From Cenarchaeum sp. (lineage in GTDB: Archaea > Thermoproteota > Nitrososphaeria > Nitrososphaerales > Nitrosopumilaceae), in contig CBDESU010000001.1 of NCBI GenBank assembly GCA_965242695.1, positions 1,088,001 to 1,152,000 on the forward strand: a DNA stretch of 64,000 nt. Direction: 5' to 3'. The notes beneath the pieces were generated by a model. That model made no database searches. It saw nothing but the letters and a program-made list of their open reading frames with translations, and had not been told where the DNA came from. Position 1 is the first letter of the stretch. Each line of letters starts with the position of its first letter. Shown piece after piece: positions 40,136-49,814 of this stretch. The translations under genes and the position numbers were made by a program.

Positions 40136-40550
40136 CATGCCCGTTCTGATCGTGGCCTTGCGGCAGGCGGCTGGCATTCGGATCGCCCCGCCCGGCCGGA
40201 ATGCCGAGGGCGTGCTAGTGATCATCCCGGCCGCCCAGACTTCTCATCCACGCCGGCGTCGGCCGCCCGCACAAGGCGGCTTTTGGGATCCCGCACCCCG
40301 CCGGGCCGCCCGCAAGCAACATATCCGGCAGCATGCGCCGCGCGGCGTTGCAGGATGTGGCAGGAACGAAGGCTGGCGGCCGGCGCGGCCGCTCGGCCTC
40401 GGCCCGCGGAAATGCTGCCGGCGGCTCCAAGCCCGCCGCGCGCCGCGGCGCACGCGGCCACGTGGCGCCGGCAGTAGGCGCGGGGCGGCTGACGGACGGT
40501 ACCCGGCCTGCAGGGGCGGCGCCCGGCCTGCCCCGCGGAGGCCGGTTCTG

Positions 40551-41216
40551 TTGACGCTCCTACTCATAGGCTGCGGCCGGGACTGCATCCTAGCGCTCTC
40601 GGACCGCAAGGAGAGCGTCGACCAATCCGATCCCAACGAAGTGACAAAGTACTACCTGAGTGACGCGGGGGACGTGTACATGGCACTTGCGGGCAACGCA
40701 GAGACGGCGGAGAACCTGCTAAGTGAGGTAAGGCTCCGCCGGCCGTCGGGAGCCGGCATCTTCAGAGAGATCGACAGGGTTGCAGCGGAACTGTTTGCAA
40801 AGCAGATTAGGGAAGAGGTGGCCGGCCACCTGATCGTGGCAGACGGCGGCGAGTTCAAGGTGTACGGCATCACCGTCGCATCCGGCATCGCGGCGTACTA
40901 CCAGCGCACCGACATCATACCTGCGGAAGGCGACTTGAGGGCGGTGGCCATCTACAAGCGCCTTGCGCGGGACATATCCATGTCCGACATGCCCTGCGAG
41001 ACAGCCACCAGATGCCTGCACACCATGGCCAGCTACATAGCAGAGACGGTCGAAAGCGTAGGAGAGTACGACCAGTACGGATTCGACATGGTCGTGTTTC
41101 CAAAGTCTGGAGATGCAATGGAGCTTCGGCGGCGCACGGATACAATGGGCTCGATCCGCACCCGCTTCGAGCCGTCCGGCACGGGGCCGCTTTTCGGCCC
41201 GAACGAGGTGACATAA
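40551..41216 (+). CDS. Proteasome-beta-like Ntn (Thr1) hydrolase, copy 2
   Basis: GGAGG then TTG; (M)TLLLIGCGRDCILALSDRK: Thr1, Asp17, Lys32, Gly47; 221 aa. Confidence 0.75.
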   Translation: MTLLLIGCGRDCILALSDRKESVDQSDPNEVTKYYLSDAGDVYMALAGNAETAENLLSEVRLRRPSGAGIFREIDRVAAELFAKQIREEVAGHLIVADGGEFKVYGITVASGIAAYYQRTDIIPAEGDLRAVAIYKRLARDISMSDMPCETATRCLHTMASYIAETVESVGEYDQYGFDMVVFPKSGDAMELRRRTDTMGSIRTRFEPSGTGPLFGPNEVT

Positions 41217-41217
41217 C

Positions 41218-42510
41218 GTGGACGACAGGGCATACGAGGCCGCGAAGGCGGCGATATCAGAAAAGGACAACGCGTACTTTGCGGCGCACGGGCTGGCCGA
41301 TATCCTGGGCGAAGCGGGGGCCGAGTCCGGCAGAGGCGCGATCCTCGCACTGGTGCGGCGCCTGGCCGCGGACGACTCGCGTGCGTTCCTGTTCCCCATC
41401 TCGGCGGGCCTGCGCGAGGCCGTCTCGGACGACGACGAGTTTGCGCGCGTCGCCAGCGGCGTGGCCGCCACGATGAGCCACAAGGTGTGCCTGAGGCCGG
41501 TGGACGAGGCTCTGGTGGGGATGGGCAGGGATCGGCCGGCCGAGGCGGCCGGCGCCGCGGCGCGCCTGGTCGGGCTCGGCGAGGCGTACTTTGCGGCGCA
41601 CATCATCGGCGGGTCATGCGCGGGTGCAGGCCCCGAGTGCGACGTCTTGGTCGAGCGGCTCTTTTCGTCTGGGAAGCCGAGGGATGCGGCAGCCGCCGTG
41701 CGGGCCCTCAGGATAGCGCGGGCCGAGCACGGCTCGCCGGATGCGGGGCGCATCAGGGCCGCCGTCAAGCGCGCGCTGGCCCACGACGATGCAGAGGTGG
41801 AAGAAGAGGCCATGGAGGCCCTCGTGGACATCTACCGCGGCGGCGATGCGGCGGCGGAGGGCATGATCGAGTCGCTGGTCGCCGAGCGACGCCGGTCCCG
41901 CCCCGCCCTGGCGGCCCGCATCTGGACCAACTCGCCGTTTGACGACGAAAAGAGCCTGCGCTACCTTAGGGCCTGCATGGCGCACATGGACGACCGGCTG
42001 GTGATGCACAGCGCGTACTGCGCCCTGGCAAAGATGGCCGGAAGCAGCCCCGGCGACGTAGCCAGGATGCTCGTATGGATGTGCAACAGCGGCTGGTACG
42101 AGAGCGATCCGGCGGGGATGGCCCTGGACGAGCTGGGGAAAAAGGGCGCGCCGGCCGCGGTCGCCGCCATCCTGGAGGCGATGCAGCGGCCGCGCGGCGA
42201 CGGGATTGACAAGCACCTAGTGCCCGCCGTGCTGCGCATCGCGCGGCACGCCGGCCGCGGCAAGGTGGCCGAGACGGTGCTTTGTGCGATCGGCAAGGGG
42301 CCGCCCAGGCCGGGCCCCCTCCTGCGCATCCTGTCCCTGCTCGCGCAGGAGGACTGGCGGGACGGGGGAGACGCCGAGCTTGTCGAGCGGATAATGTCGC
42401 GCCTGTGCACGCGCCCGGCCGAGGCGGCCGCGGCGGGCGCGGAGGCCGGCGGCGGGCGCGTGCCCGAGCGCGTGCCCGAGCGCGCCGAGGCTCCGGCCAT
42501 CCCCGCCTAG
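41218..42510 (+). CDS. HEAT/ARM-like protein, copy 2
   Basis: 430-aa paralog starting 1 nt after the Ntn stop. Confidence 0.75.
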   Translation: MDDRAYEAAKAAISEKDNAYFAAHGLADILGEAGAESGRGAILALVRRLAADDSRAFLFPISAGLREAVSDDDEFARVASGVAATMSHKVCLRPVDEALVGMGRDRPAEAAGAAARLVGLGEAYFAAHIIGGSCAGAGPECDVLVERLFSSGKPRDAAAAVRALRIARAEHGSPDAGRIRAAVKRALAHDDAEVEEEAMEALVDIYRGGDAAAEGMIESLVAERRRSRPALAARIWTNSPFDDEKSLRYLRACMAHMDDRLVMHSAYCALAKMAGSSPGDVARMLVWMCNSGWYESDPAGMALDELGKKGAPAAVAAILEAMQRPRGDGIDKHLVPAVLRIARHAGRGKVAETVLCAIGKGPPRPGPLLRILSLLAQEDWRDGGDAELVERIMSRLCTRPAEAAAAGAEAGGGRVPERVPERAEAPAIPA

Positions 42511-42891
42511 CCCGCCCCGTTTCAATCGAATCCCTGCGGCAGGCGGGCGTCATTCGGATCGCACCCGCCCGGCCGGAACGCCGAGGGCGCGCGGGCGATC
42601 ATCCCGGCCGCCAGACTTTCCCATCCCGCCGCGCCGGGATCCACGCAAGGCGCTTTTTGGATCCCGCCCCGCGTCGGGCGGGCCGCAAGCAACATATCCG
42701 GCAGCATGCGCCGCGCGGCGTTGCAGGATGTGGCAGGAACGATGGCTGGCGGCCGGCGCGGCTGCTCGGCCCCGACCTGCGGAAAGGCCACCGGTTGCTC
42801 CAAGCCCGCCGCGAGCCGCGGCGCCCGCGGCCACGGGGAGCCGGCAAGAGGCGCAGGGCGGCCGACGGTCTGCGCCCGGCCTGCAGGGATC

Positions 42892-42993
42892 GCGATGCAG
42901 CTTCGGCGGCGCACGGACAGGATCGGATCGATCCGCGTCCAGTTTGAGCCGTCCGGCACGGGGCCCCTCTTCAGCCCGAACGGAGGGACCTAG
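42892..42993 (+). pseudogene. 3' remnant of Ntn hydrolase gene (deleted copy)
   Basis: AMQLRRRTDRIGSIRVQFEPSGTGPLF matches the Ntn C-terminus. Confidence 0.7.
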
Positions 42994-42994
42994 C

Positions 42995-44293
42995 ATGGAC
43001 GACAGGGCCTACGAGTCCGCAAAGGCGGCGATATCAGAAAAGGACAACGCGTACTTTGCGGCGCACGGGCTGGCAGATATCCTGGGCGAGGCGGGGGCCG
43101 AGAATGGCTCCGACTCGATCCTCGCACTGGTGCAGCGCCTGGCCGCGGACGACTCGCGCGCGTTCCTGTTCCCCATCTCGGCGGGCCTGCGCGAGGCCGT
43201 CTCGGACGACGACGAGTTTGCGCGCGTCGCCGGCGGCGTGGCCGCCACGATGAGCCACAAGGTGTACCTGAGGCCGGTGGACGAGGCACTGGTGGGGATG
43301 GGCACGGATCGGCCAGTCGAGGCGGCCGGCGCCGCGGCGCGCCTGGTCGGGCTCGGCGAGGCGTACTTTGCGGCGCACATCATCGGCGGGGCGTATGGGG
43401 GCGCAGGCCCCGAGTGCGACGGCCTGGTCGAGCGGCTATTCTCGTCGGGGAAGCCGAGGGATGCGGCAGCCGCCGTGCGGGCCCTCAGGGTGGCATGGGC
43501 CGAGCATGGCTCGCCGGATGCTAGGCGCATCAGGGCCGCCGTCAAACGCGCGCTGGCCCACGACGATGCAGATGTGGAAGAGGAGGCCATGGGGGCCCTC
43601 GTCGATCTCTGCCGCGGAGTCGATGCCGCCGCCGCGGAGGGCATGATCGAGTCGCTGGTCGCCGAGCGACGCCGGTCCCGCCCCGCCCTGGCAGCCCGCA
43701 TCTGGTGCGACTCGCCGTTTGACGACGAAAAGAGCCTGCGCTACCTAGGTGCCTGCATGGAGTGCTGGAGCGACCGGTACGTGCTGCACAGCGCGTACGG
43801 AGCCCTGACAAGGATGGCCGAAAGGAGCCCCGGCGGCGTCGCCAAGCTGCTCGCATGGATGTTCAACAGCGGCTGGTATGAGAGCGCGATGGCGGGGGCG
43901 GTTCTTGACAAGCTGGGTAAGGGGGGAGATCCGGACGCTGTCGCCGCCATCCTAGAGGCGCGGGATCACTCGCGCGGCGACAAATTCGGCGAGCGCCTAG
44001 AGTCGGCCGTGGTGCGCATCGCGCGGAATGCCGGCCGCGGCAAGGTGGCCGGAATGGTGATCCGTGCGATCGACGGGCGGCCTGCCAGGCGTGGCCCATG
44101 CCTGCGAATCCTGTCCCTGCTCGCGCATGAGGACTGGCGGGACGGGGGCGGCCCCGAGCTGCTCGAGTGGATAATGTCGCGCCTGTGCACGCGCCCGGCG
44201 GAGGCTGGCGGCAAGGGTGGCGCCGAGGCGGGCGGCGAGAGCGTGCCCGAGCGCGCGCCCGAGCGCGCCGAGGCGCCGACCATCCCCGCCTAG
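42995..44293 (+). CDS. HEAT/ARM-like protein, copy 3
   Basis: 432-aa paralog starting MDDRAYE. Confidence 0.75.
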   Translation: MDDRAYESAKAAISEKDNAYFAAHGLADILGEAGAENGSDSILALVQRLAADDSRAFLFPISAGLREAVSDDDEFARVAGGVAATMSHKVYLRPVDEALVGMGTDRPVEAAGAAARLVGLGEAYFAAHIIGGAYGGAGPECDGLVERLFSSGKPRDAAAAVRALRVAWAEHGSPDARRIRAAVKRALAHDDADVEEEAMGALVDLCRGVDAAAAEGMIESLVAERRRSRPALAARIWCDSPFDDEKSLRYLGACMECWSDRYVLHSAYGALTRMAERSPGGVAKLLAWMFNSGWYESAMAGAVLDKLGKGGDPDAVAAILEARDHSRGDKFGERLESAVVRIARNAGRGKVAGMVIRAIDGRPARRGPCLRILSLLAHEDWRDGGGPELLEWIMSRLCTRPAEAGGKGGAEAGGESVPERAPERAEAPTIPA

Positions 44294-44635
44294 CCCCCCG
44301 CTTCGGTCGTGGCCTTGCGGCAGGCGGGCGGCATTCGGATCGCCCCCGTCCGGCAGAACGCCGAGGCGCGCGAGCGATCATCCCGGCCGCCCAGACTTCA
44401 CCTCCCCGAGGGCGTCGGCCGCCCGCACAAGGCGGCTTTTGGGATCCTGCACCCCGCCGGGCCGCCCGCAAGCAACATATCCGGCGGCATGCGCCGCGCG
44501 GCGTTGCAGGATGTGACAGGAACGAAGGCCGGCGGCAGGCGCGGCCGTCCAGCCCCGACCCGCGGAAATGCTGCCGGCTGCCCCAAGCCGGCCGCGCGCC
44601 GCGGCGCCCGCCCCGCCCCACGGAGGCAGGTTCTG

Positions 44636-45310
44636 TTGACGCTCCTAGCGACGAGTCGCGGCAGGGACTGCATCCTGGCGCTCTCTGACCGCATGGAGAG
44701 CGTCGACCAATCCGATCCCAACGAAGTGACAAAGTTCTGCCTGAGCTATGAGGGAGGATTCTACATTGCCCTTTCGGGCGACGGCAAGTCTGCAAGGTAC
44801 CTGCTAAACAAGCTGAGGCCACTCCAGCCATCTGGAGACGGCATCTTCAGGGAGATCGACAGGGTAGTTGCTGGAATGTCAGAGATGTTCCAATGGGGCC
44901 ATGTGGCCGGGCACCTGATCGTGCCCGACGGCAGCGAGTTCAAAGTGTACAGCATCTCCGTCGCATCGGGCATCTTTGCGTACTACCAGCTCGCCGATCC
45001 CACGCATGCGGAAGGCGACGCAAGGGCGGTGGCCATCTACAAGCGCCTTGCGCGGGACATACCCATGTCGGACATGCCCTGCGAGACAGCCGCTAGGTGC
45101 CTGCACACCATGGCCAGTTACATAGCCGAGACTGTCGACACTGTAGGGCGCAGCGGCAAGTACGGGTTCGACATGGCCGTGTTTGCAAGGTCCGGAACCA
45201 TGACGCAGCTTCGGCGGCGCACGGATACAATGGGCTCGATCTGCGCCCGATTCGAGGCGTCAGACGCAGGGCCGATCTTCGGCCCAGACGTAGGAGCGGG
45301 AGGGGCCTAG
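44636..45310 (+). CDS. Proteasome-beta-like Ntn hydrolase, copy 3
   Basis: (M)TLLATSRGRDCILALSDRME...EVTK...IALSG; GGAGG upstream. Confidence 0.75.
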   Translation: MTLLATSRGRDCILALSDRMESVDQSDPNEVTKFCLSYEGGFYIALSGDGKSARYLLNKLRPLQPSGDGIFREIDRVVAGMSEMFQWGHVAGHLIVPDGSEFKVYSISVASGIFAYYQLADPTHAEGDARAVAIYKRLARDIPMSDMPCETAARCLHTMASYIAETVDTVGRSGKYGFDMAVFARSGTMTQLRRRTDTMGSICARFEASDAGPIFGPDVGAGGA

Positions 45311-45311
45311 C

Positions 45312-46625
45312 ATGGACGACAGGGCCTACGAGTCCGCAAGGGCCGCGATATCTGGAAAAGACGACGCTCACTTTGCGGCGCACGGGCTGGCCAGTCTCCT
45401 AGCAGAGGAGGGGGCAGAGAGCGATTCCGGCGCGATCCTCGCACTGGTGCGGCGCCTGGCCGCGGACGATGCGTATACGTTCCTAGCCCCCATCTCGGCA
45501 GGCCTGCGCGAGGCAGTCTCGGACGACGACGGGTTTGCGCAAGTCGCCAGCGACGTGGCCGCCAAGATGCGCCACGAGGCGTTCCTGGGTCCGCTGGCAA
45601 ACGCGCTGGTGGGGATGGGTATGGATCGGCCGGCCGAGGCGGCCGGCGCCGCGGCGCGCCTGGTTGGGCTCGGCGACTCCGACTTTGCGGCGTTCATAAT
45701 CGGCGGGGCACACGGCGGGGCCAGCACCGAGTGCGACGGCCTGGTCGAGCGGCTATTCTCGTCGGGGAAGCCGAGGGATGCGGCCGCCGCCGTGCGGGCC
45801 CTCAGGATAGCGTGGGCCGAGCACGGCTCGCCGGATGCGGGGCGCATCAGGGCCGCAGTCAAGCGCGCGCTGGCCCACGACGATGCAGAGGTGGAAAGGG
45901 AGGCCATGGAGGCCCTTGTGGCACTCTGCCGCGGAGTCGATGCCGCCTCCGCGGAGGGCATGATCGAGTCGCTGGCGTCCGGGTGCCACCACTCCCGCCC
46001 CGTCCTGGCCGCCCACATCTGGCGAGACTCGCCGTTTGACGACGAAAAGAGCCTGCGCTACCTCAGGGCCTGCATGGGGCACAAGGGTAGCCGGTACGTG
46101 CTCCACAGCGTGTACTGGGCCCTGGTAAAGATGGCCGGGAGGAGGCCCGTCGATGTGGCCAAGATGCTCGTATGGATGTTTGGCAGCGGCTGGCACGACG
46201 GTGCGCTGGCGGGGGCGGTCCTAGACGAGCTGGGCAAAAAGGGCGCGCCGGCCGCGGTCGCCGCCATCCTGGAGGCGATGCAGCGGCCGCGCGGCGACGA
46301 GATTGACGAGCGTATGGTGCCCGCCGTGGTGCGCATCGCGCGGAATGCCGGCCGCGGCGAGGTGGCCGAGACGGTGATCCACGCGATCGACAAGAGGCCT
46401 GCTAGGCCTGGCCCCTTCCTGCGCATCCTGTCCCTGCTTGCGCAGGAGGACTGGCGGGACGGGGGCGGTCCCGAGTTTCTCGAGGGGATGATGTCTCGCC
46501 TGTGCGCGCTCCCGGCCGCCGCGGCTGGCATGGAGGGCGGCGCGGAGGCAGGGGGAGCGTTTGCGCCCGAGCGCGTGCCCGAGCGCGTGCCCGAGCGCGC
46601 CGAGGCGCCGGCCATCCCCGCCTAG
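45312..46625 (+). CDS. HEAT/ARM-like protein, copy 4
   Basis: 437-aa paralog. Confidence 0.75.
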   Translation: MDDRAYESARAAISGKDDAHFAAHGLASLLAEEGAESDSGAILALVRRLAADDAYTFLAPISAGLREAVSDDDGFAQVASDVAAKMRHEAFLGPLANALVGMGMDRPAEAAGAAARLVGLGDSDFAAFIIGGAHGGASTECDGLVERLFSSGKPRDAAAAVRALRIAWAEHGSPDAGRIRAAVKRALAHDDAEVEREAMEALVALCRGVDAASAEGMIESLASGCHHSRPVLAAHIWRDSPFDDEKSLRYLRACMGHKGSRYVLHSVYWALVKMAGRRPVDVAKMLVWMFGSGWHDGALAGAVLDELGKKGAPAAVAAILEAMQRPRGDEIDERMVPAVVRIARNAGRGEVAETVIHAIDKRPARPGPFLRILSLLAQEDWRDGGGPEFLEGMMSRLCALPAAAAGMEGGAEAGGAFAPERVPERVPERAEAPAIPA

Positions 46626-47056
46626 CCCCCCCCCCCCCGCTTCGATCGAAGTCTTGCGGCAGGCGGACGGCATTCGAATCGCCGTGCCCGGCGGAGTTCC
46701 AAGGGCGCGCGAGCGATCATCCCGGCCGCCCAGACTTCACCTCCCCGAGGGCGTCGGCCGCCCGCACAAGGCGGCTTTTGGGATCCCGCACCTCGCCGGG
46801 CCGCCCGCACAAGGCGGCTTTTGGGATCCCGCACCTCGCCGGGCCGCCCGCGAGCAACATATCCGGCAGCATGCGCCGCGCGGCGTTGCATGGTGTGGCA
46901 AGAACGAAAGCGGGCGCCCGGCGCGGCCGTCCGGTTCCGACCCGCGGAAAGGCCACCGGTTGCTCCGAGCCCGTCGCGAGCCGCGGCGCTCGCGTCCACG
47001 GGGCGCCGGCAAGGGGCGCCGGGCGGCCGACGGTCTGCGCCCGGCCTGCTGGGGCC

Positions 47057-47158
47057 GCGATGCAGCTTCGGCGGAGCACGGACAGGACGGGATCGATCCG
47101 CGTCCAGTTTGAGTCATCCGGTACCGGGCCGCTATTCGGCCCGAGCGGAGTGATCTAG
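47057..47158 (+). pseudogene. 3' remnant of Ntn hydrolase gene (deleted copy)
   Basis: AMQLRRSTDRTGSIRVQFESSGTGPLF; same deletion junction as 42892. Confidence 0.7.
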
Positions 47159-47159
47159 C

Positions 47160-48445
47160 ATGGACGACAGGGCCTACGAGGCCGCAAAGGCGGCGATATC
47201 AGAAAAGGACGACGCGTACTTTGTGGCACATGGGCTGGCCGGCATCCTAGGCGAGGCGGAGGCCGAGTCCGGCCGCGGCGCGATCCTCGCACTGGTGCGG
47301 CGCCTGGCCGCGGACGACTCGCGCGCGTTCCTGTTCCCCATCTCGGCGGGCCTGCGCGAGGCCGTCTCGGACGACGACGGGTTTGCGCGCGTCGCTAGCG
47401 GCGTGGCCGCCATGATGCGCCACAGGGTGTACCTGAGGCCGGTGGACGAGGCGCTGGTCGGGATGGGAAAGGACAGCCCGGCGACGGCGGCCGGCGCCGC
47501 GGCCGCCTGGTCGGGCTCGGCGACTCGGACTTTGCGGCGTTCATGATCGGCGGGGCGTACGGGGGCGCGGGCCCCGAGTGCGACGGCCTGGTCGAGCGGC
47601 TATTCTCGTCGGGGAAGCCGAGGGATGCGGCCGCCGCCGTGCGGGCCCTCATGATAGCGCGGGCCGAGCACGGCTCGCCGGATGCGGGGCGAATCATGGC
47701 CGCCGTCAAACGCGCGCTGGCCCACGACGATGCAGAGGTGGAAAGGGAGGCCATGGAGGCCCTCGCAGGCCTCTACCGCGGAGGCGATGCCGCCGCGGAG
47801 GGCATGATCGAGTCGCTGGTCGCCGGGCGCCGCCATTCCCGCCCCGCCCTGGCGGCCCACATCTTTGGCGACTCGCCGTTTGACGACGAAAAGAGCCTGC
47901 GCTACCTCAGGGCCTGCAGGGGGTACAAGAGCAGCCGGCTCGTCCTCCACAGCTCGTACTGCGCCCTGGCAAAGATGGCCGGAAGGGTGCCCGGCGACGT
48001 GGCCAGGATGCTCGTATGGATGTTCAACAGCGGCTGGCACGACGGTGCCTGGGCGGGGCTGGTCCTGGACGAGCTGGGCAAAAAGGGCGCGCCGGCCGCG
48101 GTCGCAGCCATCCTGGAAGTGCTGCAGCGGCCGCACGACCGCAGGGTCGGCCGCCTCCTCGAGCCCGCCGTGGCGCGCATTGCGTGGAACGCCGGCCGCG
48201 GCGAGGCGGCTGGGATGGTGCTGCGCGCGATCGACGGGCGGCCGGACGGCCGGGGACCGTGCCTGCGCATCCTCTCCCTGCTCGCGCATGAGGACTGGCG
48301 GGACGGCGGTGGTTCCGACCTTCTCGAGCGGATAATGTCGCGCCTGTGCGCGCGCCCTGTGGCCGCGGCGGGCGCCGAGGCCGGCGGCGGGCGGGGGCCC
48401 GAGCGTGTTCCCGAGCGCATCAAAGCGCCGCCGCTGCCCGCATAG
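47160..48445 (+). pseudogene. HEAT/ARM-like protein, copy 5 (1-nt frameshift near 47503)
   Basis: Split into ORFs 47160..47546 and 47543..48445, colinear with the paralogs. Confidence 0.7.
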
Positions 48446-48728
48446 CCGTACCATTCCGATCGAGGCCGTTCTGCGGGCGGACGGGCGGCATTTGGATCGC
48501 CCGGCGCGGGCCGCGCTCTGCCGCTCCCCCTGCCGCGCCGAGCCGCCCCGCTCCCGCGCGGCATGCGCCGCCGCGCCCCGCATGCAGACTGCGGGATCGC
48601 AGGCCGCGCTGCCCGCGCCCGCGCGGCTCGCCCGGTCCCCAAAGATGCCCCCATGGCCGCATGGCCGCCTGGGATTGAACGGCGCCCTGTCCGCAGTAGC
48701 TTATAATGCCCTCCCCGCACCCAGCCTC

Positions 48729-49814
48729 GTGGCAGGACAAGAGTACGAGGAGCTGCTGTACGAGAGGGGTGGGAGGCTGCAGGGCCTTGCCAGGGCGGCC
48801 GACGCGGCGGCCTCTGCGGGCGGCGCGACGATCAGCGTGGCGGTGATCCACTCGCGCAGGTATCCGGCTAGGGAGATATGCGAGTGGGCCCCGGATGGCA
48901 ACATGCGCCCCGGCGTGTCCCTCAGGAACGGCAAGGCTGTGCTGACGCTCAACGGAAGGGGCCGGCGGCCCGTCCGCGTCGCGATCGTGAGGAGCGGCGG
49001 GCAGCCCGACGTGTACTATGCTCTGAGCGACTGCCCTCCCGCAGACTTCAAGGCGCGGTTCGTCTCGCTGCTCGACGACCATATCCCGACGATTTCGAGG
49101 GCGCACCTCTCGAACGCAGAGATGCGCAGCATCGTGGGGGCAGCCGCAGGGGGCCGCAACGTCCGGGTCGGGCTCGTGTCGACCCGCACCCGGCGCTCCG
49201 ATCCCGAAAAGTGCGACTTGCGCACGGATCGCGTCGACATGACGGCCGGGGAGTTCGCAGGCGCGGGCGACGAGGAGGGCAGCGAGATCACGGCCGTGGA
49301 GCTGGCCTGCGGGCCGGCCAATGGGGCCGGCGGCGGCGGCGCGGCCGGATCCCCCGGGATGCTGACAGTGACCAGGGACTGCCGCTTTGAGGCAAGGCGC
49401 GGGACGGGCGTCCTGTTCGGCGCCGCGCTCCCGCGTGCCGCAGACCTTGCTGCCGGCAGGGCGGAAAAGCTGCGGGCGATCTCTAGGACGGCGGGCCGGC
49501 GCACTCCCGACTCGCTGATTGTGAGGTTCAAGGGGCGCGTGTTTGCCGACGACAGCAAGAACCGCGCCCGCATCGACGCGATCGGATCCATGCCGCTCAC
49601 CGCACTCATGGACAACAGCGGCGATCTGTTCCTGCACATCGCGTTGCTAGACTACGGCGACTGCTCGACGTACGACGTCATGGCGCTTGCCAGCGACGAG
49701 CTCGTGATCATACCCAGGTTCTCTGCAACCGGCGCGTCCATGTCGAGGCTGCTCAACCACGTAATGGAAAAGTTCGGCGACGCTGCGATCGAAATGCACG
49801 ACGGTGGATCGTAG
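48729..49814 (+). CDS. Hypothetical protein (361 aa), copy 1
   Basis: TTATAA at 48701, GTG at 48729; near-identical to 51443..52528; its stop overlaps the next start (TAGTG). Confidence 0.75.
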   Translation: MAGQEYEELLYERGGRLQGLARAADAAASAGGATISVAVIHSRRYPAREICEWAPDGNMRPGVSLRNGKAVLTLNGRGRRPVRVAIVRSGGQPDVYYALSDCPPADFKARFVSLLDDHIPTISRAHLSNAEMRSIVGAAAGGRNVRVGLVSTRTRRSDPEKCDLRTDRVDMTAGEFAGAGDEEGSEITAVELACGPANGAGGGGAAGSPGMLTVTRDCRFEARRGTGVLFGAALPRAADLAAGRAEKLRAISRTAGRRTPDSLIVRFKGRVFADDSKNRARIDAIGSMPLTALMDNSGDLFLHIALLDYGDCSTYDVMALASDELVIIPRFSATGASMSRLLNHVMEKFGDAAIEMHDGGS

